A model generated the notes under the pieces. That model was not told the origin of the DNA. It worked only from the letters and a program-made list of their open reading frames with translations, and ran no database searches. The translations under genes were made by a program, and so were the position numbers. Below, piece after piece: positions 45,537 to 53,971 of a DNA stretch of 64,000 nucleotides (position 1 is its first letter; the number at the start of each line of letters is the position of its first letter). This DNA is from Candidatus Dojkabacteria bacterium. Lineage in GTDB: Bacteria > Patescibacteriota > Dojkabacteria > SC72 > JAHDCA01. Location: contig CP129478.1 in the NCBI GenBank assembly GCA_030583845.1, positions 279,175-343,174 on the forward strand, in the 5' to 3' direction.

Positions 45537-46997
45537 ATGATAGCCACAGCCATTTTTGGGCAGAAAGAAAAAGAGGTGTTGGGGATCAACAGGCGCAACC
45601 AGAACTATATCCGTGCCTTCAATCCCCCATCAGCTCGTGGTAAGGCCGACAACAAGCTCACGACCAAGAAGATTCTCAATCAGGTTGGCATCAAGACACC
45701 TGAACTGTACAAAGTAATCCGCAGCAAGCAGCAGCTCAAATTCTTCGACTGGAACTCATTGCCCAAGAGCTACGTCATCAAGCCAAACCGCGGCTCTCAA
45801 GGAAGCGGCATCATAGTCTTCTACGGCCAGAAGAAGAATAGCCTCGAATGGATCCGACCGAGCGGCCAGACCATGGATCCACACGAGATCTCCCTGCACA
45901 TGGAGAAGATTCTGGACGGCCGTCTATCTATGGGTAACCGCAAAGATATTGTGATAATAGAGGATAGAATTCGAACCCATAGTGAATTGAAGCGCTACTC
46001 ATACAAGGGTGTTCCCGACATTCGCCTCATCGTCTTCAACAGAGTGCCTATCATGGCCATGGTACGCCTGCCCACCCGTCGCTCCGACGGTAAAGCCAAC
46101 CTACACGCTGGTGCGATCTGTGCTGGTATCGACATAGCATCAGGCGTCACTACAAATGCAATGCACCTTCGCAAGCAGCCGCTGATTGAGGACACATATG
46201 AAGACCTCGAATTTACCCTAGACCAGAATCCTCCCCTACCCCTGAGAGGTATCAAGATCCCATTTTGGGAAGAGATCCTACAGATAGCAGTAAAATGCCA
46301 AGAGGTTAGCGGCCTAGGCTATCTAGGCGTCGACATCGTAATCGACCAAGAGCATGGCCCAATGGTGCTTGAGCTGAACGCACGTCCCGGGCTAGGCATC
46401 CAGACAGCAAACAAGACAGGTCTACGGGCTCGATTAGAGCGAGTCGCTGGGCTGCAAATCAAGAGCAATAAGCATGGAATCCGCGTGGCTAAGAGCCTAT
46501 TCGGTGGTGAGGTCGAGGAAGAGATCGAGGTGATCAGCGGTAAGCGGGTAGTCAATCTTGTAGAGAAGGTAAATGTATACCACTCCGAGCATGCAGACAA
46601 GAAGGAGCTGGTGAGTGCAATGTTGGACACAGGAATTACTACATCTCGAATCGACGAGGGGCTCGCCTCTCGGCTTGGTTTCACAGACGCTCTGAAAAGC
46701 TTTTCCGAGCATAAACCACCCCGTGAGTTCGGTAGTTTCACAGAAGCCCAACAGTACATAGATGCCCATGAGGAAGAGATTACCTCACACCCACAGATTT
46801 TACGTCTCGCTAAGATATCAGAAGATGGCAAAATCAATGTAAAGCCTGTTATTAGCCTTGAAATCAAGGTCGCAGGTGAAAGACGCGCGATGGACTTTGT
46901 TGTAAGCACTCAAAGTGATATGCTCTATCCAGTGCTGATCGGTCGCGCAGAGCTGAAGAGCTACCTGATAGACGCCAGCAAGACCTTCACACGCTAA
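45537..46997 (+). CDS. RimK-like ATP-grasp amidoligase with N-terminal INRRN region and C-terminal retropepsin-like (PF05618-type) peptidase domain
   Basis: N-terminal GINRRNQNYI (the motif of alpha-L-glutamate-ligase-related proteins). Central ATP-grasp elements (…IIEDRI…RLIVFNRVPIMAMVRLP…DGKANLHAGA…LGVDIVID…VLELNARPG). C-terminal …MDFVVSTQSDMLYPVLIGRAELKSYLIDASKTF matches the LLGRraL…VDps signature of the ATP-dependent-zinc-protease/retropepsin-like family. Confidence 0.6.
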   Translation: MIATAIFGQKEKEVLGINRRNQNYIRAFNPPSARGKADNKLTTKKILNQVGIKTPELYKVIRSKQQLKFFDWNSLPKSYVIKPNRGSQGSGIIVFYGQKKNSLEWIRPSGQTMDPHEISLHMEKILDGRLSMGNRKDIVIIEDRIRTHSELKRYSYKGVPDIRLIVFNRVPIMAMVRLPTRRSDGKANLHAGAICAGIDIASGVTTNAMHLRKQPLIEDTYEDLEFTLDQNPPLPLRGIKIPFWEEILQIAVKCQEVSGLGYLGVDIVIDQEHGPMVLELNARPGLGIQTANKTGLRARLERVAGLQIKSNKHGIRVAKSLFGGEVEEEIEVISGKRVVNLVEKVNVYHSEHADKKELVSAMLDTGITTSRIDEGLASRLGFTDALKSFSEHKPPREFGSFTEAQQYIDAHEEEITSHPQILRLAKISEDGKINVKPVISLEIKVAGERRAMDFVVSTQSDMLYPVLIGRAELKSYLIDASKTFTR

Positions 46998-47016
46998 CCT
47001 AACTCTTCATTTGAAT

Positions 47017-48006
47017 ATGAGCCAGTACAATATGGATCCCAAATATCTAGAGCAAGGCGGCAATGTCCACCTCGCTTACTATCTAGAAGCAGCCGACCAG
47101 CTTGGCATCAAATATGATGTCATCATCCGCTCGCTCACAGCCCGCATGGAGAAAGATGGGAAGATCTGGTTTATGATGAACGCCTCGGTTCCTATTAACG
47201 GCGAGCCCAGCTCTACACTATCCCGCATCAAGAGCTATACATACAAAGTTTTCCAGCACGCTGGTATCCCAGTGGCTGAGCAGGCTGAGTTATTCAGTGA
47301 GCAAGATGCATTAGGATTCTTCAACCAGTATAAGAATATCGTCATAAAGCCTGTCCGCAATATCGGAGGCACCGGCATCACTATCCTGCCACAAAGCGAA
47401 GATGAGGTGCGTCAGGCATATGTCCTCGCCCGCGACAAGAATATGGCAAGCACAAAGGTCGAGGCTTTGGCCGAACGATTCGCTATCGGCTCTAATTATA
47501 GACTGTTAGTACTTGGTGATGAGGTAATTGGTGCCGTACATAGAAGGCCAGCCCATGTCACAGGTGATGGAGTCTCGACAGTTGCACAGCTGGTCGAAGC
47601 AAAAAATGCAGCACGCAAGGCAGAGCTGATGAAACCGATCAAGCTTGATGCCCAGAGCATGCTGAAGCTGAGGTCCAACGGATTTACCGAGGGCTATGTG
47701 CCTCAAGCGGGCGAAGAGGTCGAGCTGAGATTCAACTCGAATCTCTCAACTGGAGGCACGACTGAGGAGTGCATGTCGAGAATTCACCCTAGCTATCTGG
47801 ATCTAGCCATACGCGCTACTAAGGAGCTCGGCTTAAAACTAGGCGGCGTAGATCTGATTGCCGAGGATGTGACCACTCCTGGTGCTGCTGCAGTTATTAA
47901 CGAGATAAACACAAATCCAGGGCTAAGGGTGCATTATAAGGTGGATAAGGGCGAGGTTGTGCCAGTTGCTACGAAGATTCTCTCCTACATAGTGGCCAAT
48001 ATATAG
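47017..48006 (+). CDS. Cyanophycin-synthetase-like ATP-grasp domain protein (short, 329 aa)
   Basis: …IVIKPVRNIGGTGITIL…NYRLLVLGDEVIGAVHRRPAHVTGDGVSTVAQLVEAKN…STGGT…GVDLI… resembles the CphA central ATP-grasp block. Confidence 0.6.
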   Translation: MSQYNMDPKYLEQGGNVHLAYYLEAADQLGIKYDVIIRSLTARMEKDGKIWFMMNASVPINGEPSSTLSRIKSYTYKVFQHAGIPVAEQAELFSEQDALGFFNQYKNIVIKPVRNIGGTGITILPQSEDEVRQAYVLARDKNMASTKVEALAERFAIGSNYRLLVLGDEVIGAVHRRPAHVTGDGVSTVAQLVEAKNAARKAELMKPIKLDAQSMLKLRSNGFTEGYVPQAGEEVELRFNSNLSTGGTTEECMSRIHPSYLDLAIRATKELGLKLGGVDLIAEDVTTPGAAAVINEINTNPGLRVHYKVDKGEVVPVATKILSYIVANI

Positions 48007-48028
48007 TTTGAGCTCACAGAAGGGATCC

Positions 48029-48223
48029 TTAGCGTACCCAGAGCTGCCACACTACTACTGAGCTGAGGACTGCAATAACTGCAATTAGCATGAACACAAG
48101 GTATGTATTTGCCCTCATAAGCCTTCGTGATTTAGCGAGCTGGAGCTTCTGGTTTACAGTGCTACCACTCTTCTTTGCAGTTGTAATCTTCATCTCTTTT
48201 GCCATATCGCCAGTATACCACAA
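48029..48223 (-). CDS. Small hypothetical tail-anchored membrane protein (doubtful)
   Basis: 64-aa ORF with a C-terminal hydrophobic helix YLVFMLIAVIAVLSSVVVWQLW. It overlaps the glyQS promoter region. Confidence 0.2.
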   Translation of the reverse strand: MWYTGDMAKEMKITTAKKSGSTVNQKLQLAKSRRLMRANTYLVFMLIAVIAVLSSVVVWQLWVR

Positions 48224-48226
48224 GCA

Positions 48227-48557
48227 AAAGCGAAATTTGCATTGCCTGCCTGCTTAGAGCTATAATACCAGCAGAAAGAGATCTTTGAAGCAAACACAGA
48301 GAGTCGACCCAAGGCATGAATTGCCGGATTTGAGAGGTTGGCGAGCTTACAAATTGGCACTCTTTTCGCTTGAGAAAGCAGCGTGATAAAAGAATATCGA
48401 GAGATTATCGCAGCTTATATGGCGCGGTAATAATGCGGGTGGAACCGCGGTAGTACATTTTTGAAATATACCGTCCCGCTAACTTATAGTCCATAGCCTC
48501 GGCGACGGAGTATAAGTTAGCGGGACGGTTTTTATTTATATATAATCATTTAAGAAT
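48227..48557 (+). promoter_or_regulatory. glyQS T-box riboswitch leader: promoter TTGCAT-18-TATAAT (48227-48256), AGAGA and GGC specifier region, T-box sequence AATGCGGGTGGAACCGCGG (48432-48450), terminator hairpin (48470-48529) plus U-tract (48530-48540)
   Basis: Seen directly: 17/19 match to the AAUUAGGGUGGNACCGCGG consensus, with UGGA (N=A, matching the tRNA-Gly discriminator U). Antiterminator pairing GCGGG/CCCGC and CGGUA/UACCG around a UGGAACC bulge. The terminator is a REP-family hairpin followed by TTTTTATTTAT immediately before the glyQS start. Confidence 0.7.
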
Positions 48558-48575
48558 ATGGAAAAAGAGAAAAGC

Positions 48576-49973
48576 ATGACAATAGAGACGCTTGCGGCAT
48601 TTGCAAAAAGGCGCGGCTTCGTATTTCAATCATCAGAGATCTATGGTGGATTTGCCGCTGTATACGACTACGCACATTACGGTGCGCTTATGCGCGAGAA
48701 TATCAAGCAGGCGTGGGTCAAAGAGATGATCCGCCGAGATGATGTGAAGCTTCTCGATTCAGCAGTATTTATGCACCCAACCACCTGGAAGGCCAGCGGA
48801 CATGTTGATTCATTCGCCGATCCTGAGATCGATTGCAAAAGCTGTAAGAACCGATTTAAAGCCGACCACCTCTTGGAGCCACTTGGATATACCGATGTCG
48901 ACCGCATGGAGATTTCAGAAGCAAACAAGATCGTAGAGCAGGTCAAAGCAGAAGGGAAATTGAAGTGTCCAGTATGCGGAGGCAAAGATCTCACAGATAT
49001 TAAGCGATTTGACCTGCTGGTTAAATCAAACTTAGGCTCCCCTACTTCAGAGCTTTCAGAAGAGAATGTTGTCTACCTACGAGGTGAGACCTGCCAAGGT
49101 ATCTATCTCAACTATAAGAATTACCTGCAGAATATGCGGGTGAAGGTTCCGTTTGGTATAGCTCAGGTTGGTAAAGCTTTCCGAAACGAGGTGGTCGCAC
49201 GACAGTACACTTTCCGTATGCGCGAATTTGAACAGTGCGAGATGCAATATTTCGTTCACCCAACTGACGAGCAGCCGAAATATGACTATTGGAAAAAGGA
49301 GCGAATGAGGTGGTGGAAAGAGGAGTTGGGCGTGCCTGCAGAGATGCTTAGATTTAAAGATCACGAAAAGCTTGCCCACTACGCGAAAGCAGCATGTGAT
49401 GTAGAGTACGACTTCAATGTACTTGGGAAATTTGCCGAGGTTGAGGGTATCCATCAGCGAGGTGATTGGGATCTCTCACAGCATCAGAAATTCTCAGGCG
49501 AGAATCTCGAGTATTTCGACCAGGATAAGAACGAAAAGTATATCCCACACATAGTAGAGACTTCGGGTGGACTCGACCGAATGTTCCTTGCCGTACTCGA
49601 TAGCGGCTATACAGAAGAGACGCTTGAAGATGGTAGCGAAAGAGTTGTGTTGAAGGTGAAGCCATCATTGGCACCAATAAAGGTGGCAGTATTCCCACTT
49701 ATCAAGAAGCCCGAGCTCACAAAATTGGCTAAAGATATCTATCAATACTTGCTTTCACAGCACATGGTCGAATATGATGAAACAGGATCAATCGGTAAGC
49801 GATATAGAAGACAGGATGAGATCGGTACACCTTTCTGCATCACTGTCGACTTCGAATCACTCGAGGACAACATGGTGACATTGCGCAACAGAGATACGCT
49901 AGAGCAGGAAAGGATCAAGATCGACGATATGCCACAGATTATTAACTCAAGGTTGTATCCGGAGAAGGCTTAA
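48576..49973 (+). CDS. glyQS: Glycyl-tRNA synthetase (single-chain alpha2 type)
   Basis: Class II motifs (…FRNE…, …GGLDR…) and N-terminal …FVFQSSEIYGG…. An alternative ATG lies at 48558. Confidence 0.9.
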   Translation: MTIETLAAFAKRRGFVFQSSEIYGGFAAVYDYAHYGALMRENIKQAWVKEMIRRDDVKLLDSAVFMHPTTWKASGHVDSFADPEIDCKSCKNRFKADHLLEPLGYTDVDRMEISEANKIVEQVKAEGKLKCPVCGGKDLTDIKRFDLLVKSNLGSPTSELSEENVVYLRGETCQGIYLNYKNYLQNMRVKVPFGIAQVGKAFRNEVVARQYTFRMREFEQCEMQYFVHPTDEQPKYDYWKKERMRWWKEELGVPAEMLRFKDHEKLAHYAKAACDVEYDFNVLGKFAEVEGIHQRGDWDLSQHQKFSGENLEYFDQDKNEKYIPHIVETSGGLDRMFLAVLDSGYTEETLEDGSERVVLKVKPSLAPIKVAVFPLIKKPELTKLAKDIYQYLLSQHMVEYDETGSIGKRYRRQDEIGTPFCITVDFESLEDNMVTLRNRDTLEQERIKIDDMPQIINSRLYPEKA

Positions 49974-50011
49974 AACCAGGGTAATTGTTAAATTTATTGC
50001 CAGCTGCCAAT

Positions 50012-51694
50012 ATGGAAATCAAAGTATTACAGGGTGTGAACTTTGAAGCACCGCACACGCTTATTAAGATCAGCCTAGATGGTGATGCTGGTAAAGTAAC
50101 TCCCCTACTCGACCTAGTTAAATCTTTCCACCATGTCTTGTTAAAGGAGTATGTGGTGGACGGCTCGACGGTGATATTGAATTCGAAGCTAACGCACTTG
50201 TGGAAGAGTTCAGCAGAGCATCTGAACAAACTATCTTTAGGCGAACTCTCACAAGAAGAGGTTGAAGAATACGTTATAGGATATACTATCAAGAATCAGA
50301 TCTACTCGATGTCGACACTGTTTATGCTGGAAGGCGCGATCGAGTTAGGTGAAGAAGTCACCCAGTCTCTCTTTAACGGCCCTGTATTCGATGACCCTTC
50401 TTATGAGAAGCCTGGTGGTGCATGGAATCGTGTCTATACGATCGGAGCCGGCTCGGCCGCAATGCTTACAAAATCAACTGGCTCTACTGGTGACCCGATC
50501 ATGGCTTTGAATATCCAGCGAGACAAGTGGGTAACCAACACATATGCCGATCGATTGAAGCTCCCTGTAGCCAAATGGGACTTACTTCGATCCGAAGAAG
50601 AGGTTGAGCGACTTTTTGAGGAGTATGAGAAGCCCGTGGTTATAAAACCGACAGGATTGGTAGGTGGCAATGGGGTCACCACCAATATTAATACTCTCGA
50701 GCAAGCTAAAAAGGCATACAATTATGCCTACGACATCGTCCATGAGAAAAACCGATCGGCGTGGCAGCAGAAGATTATGATCCAGCAGCAGGTCGCAGGT
50801 GAAGATTATCGACTACTGGTCGTTGGTGGAATCTTGGAGATTGCTACCAAGCGCATCCCAGCCTTTGTGACTGGCGATGGGAAATCCACTCTGGAGCAGT
50901 TGATCGAAGAGACAAACAGAGATCCACGCCGAGACATGCGCAACCCCGCCCATATCTTGAAGCCGATAGCTTTCGATGAGAAACTGGACGAGTATCTTGC
51001 TGAGCAGAATCTATCGCTCGACCATATCCCAGGTGAGGGTGAGAAGATCTTCGTGCGCAAGGTTGCAAGCATGAGCCAGGGTGGGATCACAGAAGATTTC
51101 ACAGATAAAGTACACCCACAGATTAAGTATCTTGCAGAATCAATGGCCAGCTCGATCCACGCACATGTGGTTGGCATCGACGTGATCTGCAAAGATATCT
51201 CGAAGCCTTTGACCGCAGACAACGGTAGCTTTATCGAGATGAACACAATGCCCGAAGCATACCTCAACACCTTCCCGGTGATCGGCAAGCAGTATCCCGA
51301 GACAGGTCAGGTAATCATTAAGCGACTGCTGGAGAAGATGAAGCCAGTAACCCGTATCGTGGCTATAGGGTTGGGATTACCAGAGCTGTTTGAGAAGTTG
51401 GAGAACGAGGGTGTGATTGTCGATGATGCAATTGTAGGTACAGTGTCGGGTGGTAGCATCTATATCGACAGCGAGATTATGCATGAGGATGTAGAGACCT
51501 GGGAGGCAGTAGAGGCACTCAAATTGAATGCCCTACCCTCGGTGCTAGTGCTGCACTATAAAGATGCTGACGAAGTTGAGGAAGTGGGACTTGGGTTTGA
51601 TAAGGTAGACTATCTAATCGCCAATGATGAGGTAAGTGAGAAGCTGAGTGGCGAGGGATATAAGAGTAAGGTGTTGAATTTCATTAAAATCTAA
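50012..51694 (+). CDS. Cyanophycin-synthetase-like ATP-grasp protein lacking the Mur-ligase half (561 aa), with about 120-aa unknown C-terminal region
   Basis: …VVIKPTGLVGGNGVTTNI…DYRLLVVGGILEIATKRIPAFVTGDGKSTLEQLIEETNRDPRR…SMSQGGITEDFTDKVHPQ…HVVGIDVICKDISKPL…FIEMNTMPEAY closely follows the CphA ATP-grasp block (…HRVLVV…AVAERVPAHVIG.GKSTI.ELIE.VN.DPRRG…). No MurE-like domain follows. Confidence 0.65.
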   Translation: MEIKVLQGVNFEAPHTLIKISLDGDAGKVTPLLDLVKSFHHVLLKEYVVDGSTVILNSKLTHLWKSSAEHLNKLSLGELSQEEVEEYVIGYTIKNQIYSMSTLFMLEGAIELGEEVTQSLFNGPVFDDPSYEKPGGAWNRVYTIGAGSAAMLTKSTGSTGDPIMALNIQRDKWVTNTYADRLKLPVAKWDLLRSEEEVERLFEEYEKPVVIKPTGLVGGNGVTTNINTLEQAKKAYNYAYDIVHEKNRSAWQQKIMIQQQVAGEDYRLLVVGGILEIATKRIPAFVTGDGKSTLEQLIEETNRDPRRDMRNPAHILKPIAFDEKLDEYLAEQNLSLDHIPGEGEKIFVRKVASMSQGGITEDFTDKVHPQIKYLAESMASSIHAHVVGIDVICKDISKPLTADNGSFIEMNTMPEAYLNTFPVIGKQYPETGQVIIKRLLEKMKPVTRIVAIGLGLPELFEKLENEGVIVDDAIVGTVSGGSIYIDSEIMHEDVETWEAVEALKLNALPSVLVLHYKDADEVEEVGLGFDKVDYLIANDEVSEKLSGEGYKSKVLNFIKI

Positions 51695-51701
51695 GGATGT
51701 A

Positions 51702-52661
51702 ATGCAGATGCGATACCTATACATAGAAAAGCCCCAAAGAGTCAAAATGTCCGGTGAATACCCGAAGCGTGCTATACGCATAATGGAGGAGCTTGAGAAG
51801 GCCGGTCTTCCTTATGATTTCGCATACAACGATCAGATATCAATTTCATTAAATAAAAGCGAGCTCCAGATTAAAGTTAATGGAAAAGATGTTAGAGAGT
51901 ACACACATATTATCTTTGGTGGTCACCACCTCCATAGCCAACGAGATTACGAGATAAAGAGACTGATCGTCGACGTTGTCGATGAGCATAACCAGGATAG
52001 CGGTAACTCAGAGCCCATAAGAGTTCAGAACTCTCGATTCATTAAACGAATGACATTCTACTCAAAGCTGCACATGGCAAAGATCTGCGCAGACTATGGC
52101 CTACCGTTCCTCGCAACATATTACGACCGCTCGGGTAAGTATCAGCAGTCCAACCTACCCTTCCCCTACCCTCTGATTGCAAAACATGTCGATGGTCGCA
52201 ATGATCTGGTGATGATCGACGGTGAGAAGAAAGTTAAAAAGAATGTATACAAGCTTGATAATGAGAACGGTTGGAAGCAGGACAGGCTGGCCACCAAGAG
52301 CCCAGCGCTCTTCTTCATACAGGAATTCGCCGACTCAGGAGAAGATTTCCGATATTTTGTATCCAAGGGCGAAGTGATAGGAGGCTGGAAGCGTGTCGCG
52401 GGCGACAGCTTTATGACCGTGAACCGCAAAGAGGGTGCCAGATATTTCTATGCCAACGAGCCAGACAAGAAGATTCGAGATATCTGTAAAGCCGCCGCGG
52501 ATGGCTGGGGAGTCGACTTTATGGCATTGGACTTCATGTATAAGGATGGTGAGCCTCACATTTTGGAGTTCAGCATGAACCCTGGCTTCGATGCCTATGA
52601 GAAGAAGTGCGAAGATGGCGAGCCAACAAATATCGCCGAGGCGATCGTTAAATCTTTTTAA
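51702..52661 (+). CDS. RimK-like ATP-grasp ligase (alpha-L-glutamate ligase family)
   Basis: …FFIQEFADSGEDFRYFVSKGEVIGGWKRV…MALDFMYKDGEPHILEFSMNPGF… parallels RimK (…DIRCFVVGD.VVAAMKR…EVNSSPGL). Confidence 0.6.
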   Translation: MQMRYLYIEKPQRVKMSGEYPKRAIRIMEELEKAGLPYDFAYNDQISISLNKSELQIKVNGKDVREYTHIIFGGHHLHSQRDYEIKRLIVDVVDEHNQDSGNSEPIRVQNSRFIKRMTFYSKLHMAKICADYGLPFLATYYDRSGKYQQSNLPFPYPLIAKHVDGRNDLVMIDGEKKVKKNVYKLDNENGWKQDRLATKSPALFFIQEFADSGEDFRYFVSKGEVIGGWKRVAGDSFMTVNRKEGARYFYANEPDKKIRDICKAAADGWGVDFMALDFMYKDGEPHILEFSMNPGFDAYEKKCEDGEPTNIAEAIVKSF

Positions 52662-52709
52662 TGAAATTCAGATAAGCCTGCGAGGTGTCTAGGTGACTAC
52701 AGGATGCGA

Positions 52710-53870
52710 TTATAGCCCTGCTACCTTGAAAGCATCATCAAACATCTTCTTGCTGTAAACAAGCTTTGGCTTAGGGATGAGCCCTTCATCCACCCACTTT
52801 ATCTGGCTAAATCCGATCTTGCCAGCATATAGCTTCTCATAGATTGTAGGATCCTTCTCTACTTTATTCCTGACCCTTCTAAAGCCTTTAAAGTAGTTAT
52901 AGTCCCGCGAGTATATACCCGGCATATTTGTATCCCCTAGCCCACGCTTGACTCGATATACGATGTGGAATGCCTCGATCCTAGGAGCAAAAGCCTGTGT
53001 AGCATTATAAAGCTCACGGAACGACATCTGCTCACCAACCCGGATAGCCCACACCTTGACTGCTCGGCCTACCAGATCTTTCTTCTTCAATACGCCAACC
53101 ATCTCCTCATTATATGTAGCTAATCCCTCCTCTGCCTCAAGATATGAAGGGAGGTTTGAATTTGCCAAGGCAGGCACTTTAGTCTGCTCTCCATTATAGG
53201 CCCTGGCTATATGCGTGAATTCATGCACAATTGTCTTCCGTAGATCTACGGCACTCTTCTCAATCTCTGGATCCATCAATATCTCCTTCTTCTTGATACC
53301 AACCTTCACCCCGTTCTTGTCGATGTTCTTTGACTTGCCTGCTTTCCAATCACTCAGTCCAAGCTCCTCAAGGACGATTGCCATAGTTTCTGCAATCTCT
53401 TCGTACCTCAGCTTTCTCTCAACTTTCTTACTCCCCTCATCCATCAGTTTGTAATTTTTCACCTTGCCCCGTAGCACTCTTGTGGCATTCCTAAAAAGGA
53501 TATCGCCAGGCATTCCAAATCTCTCCTGCGAGAGTCTTGTGAATCTAAAATTCTGGCCGACTGAATGTAGAAGCTCATTGAGCTGGTGCTTCGAATCGAT
53601 CAGTTCTAGGTAGAATTCTGAAATTCGAGGATCTACATCGGTGACAACTTTTACACTACTCAGCTTTGCTAAGATGTCGGCATTTTTATTTTTTACAACT
53701 GTATAAGTGAAAAGCGGGTTGTAGCTGCTGGACTCAAAGAATCTCTTGCGCTCTTCTTTTAGGTTGGTTGGGGTGAACACTAGGGATGTAGGGGCGCGGA
53801 ATTCTTGCAGCAGCTCTGTTAGTTCCTTGAGCTTAATTTCGCTCTTTCCTTTTTTGGCGAATATCGTCAT
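52710..53870 (-). CDS. DUF1704 / QEGLA-motif zincin-like protein
   Basis: HExxH IVHEFTHI and EEGLATY (QEGLA-like) motifs. The ORF's first 23 codons (to 53939) run through the 25-bp palindrome, so the ATG at 53870 is preferred. Confidence 0.5.
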   Translation of the reverse strand: MTIFAKKGKSEIKLKELTELLQEFRAPTSLVFTPTNLKEERKRFFESSSYNPLFTYTVVKNKNADILAKLSSVKVVTDVDPRISEFYLELIDSKHQLNELLHSVGQNFRFTRLSQERFGMPGDILFRNATRVLRGKVKNYKLMDEGSKKVERKLRYEEIAETMAIVLEELGLSDWKAGKSKNIDKNGVKVGIKKKEILMDPEIEKSAVDLRKTIVHEFTHIARAYNGEQTKVPALANSNLPSYLEAEEGLATYNEEMVGVLKKKDLVGRAVKVWAIRVGEQMSFRELYNATQAFAPRIEAFHIVYRVKRGLGDTNMPGIYSRDYNYFKGFRRVRNKVEKDPTIYEKLYAGKIGFSQIKWVDEGLIPKPKLVYSKKMFDDAFKVAGL

Positions 53871-53920
53871 ATGGTTACCATATTCAATCTTACCGCCGAT
53901 TCTAACAGAAATATTAGCCT

Positions 53921-53945
53921 TAACCAAGGGAAGTCGCACTTTGCA
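53921..53945. repeat. 25-bp palindrome copy 3 between the mreB-paralogue stop and the DUF1704 gene start
   Basis: Seen directly. Confidence 0.9.
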
Positions 53946-53971
53946 AGTGCGACTTGGTTCGCGCTTCGCGC

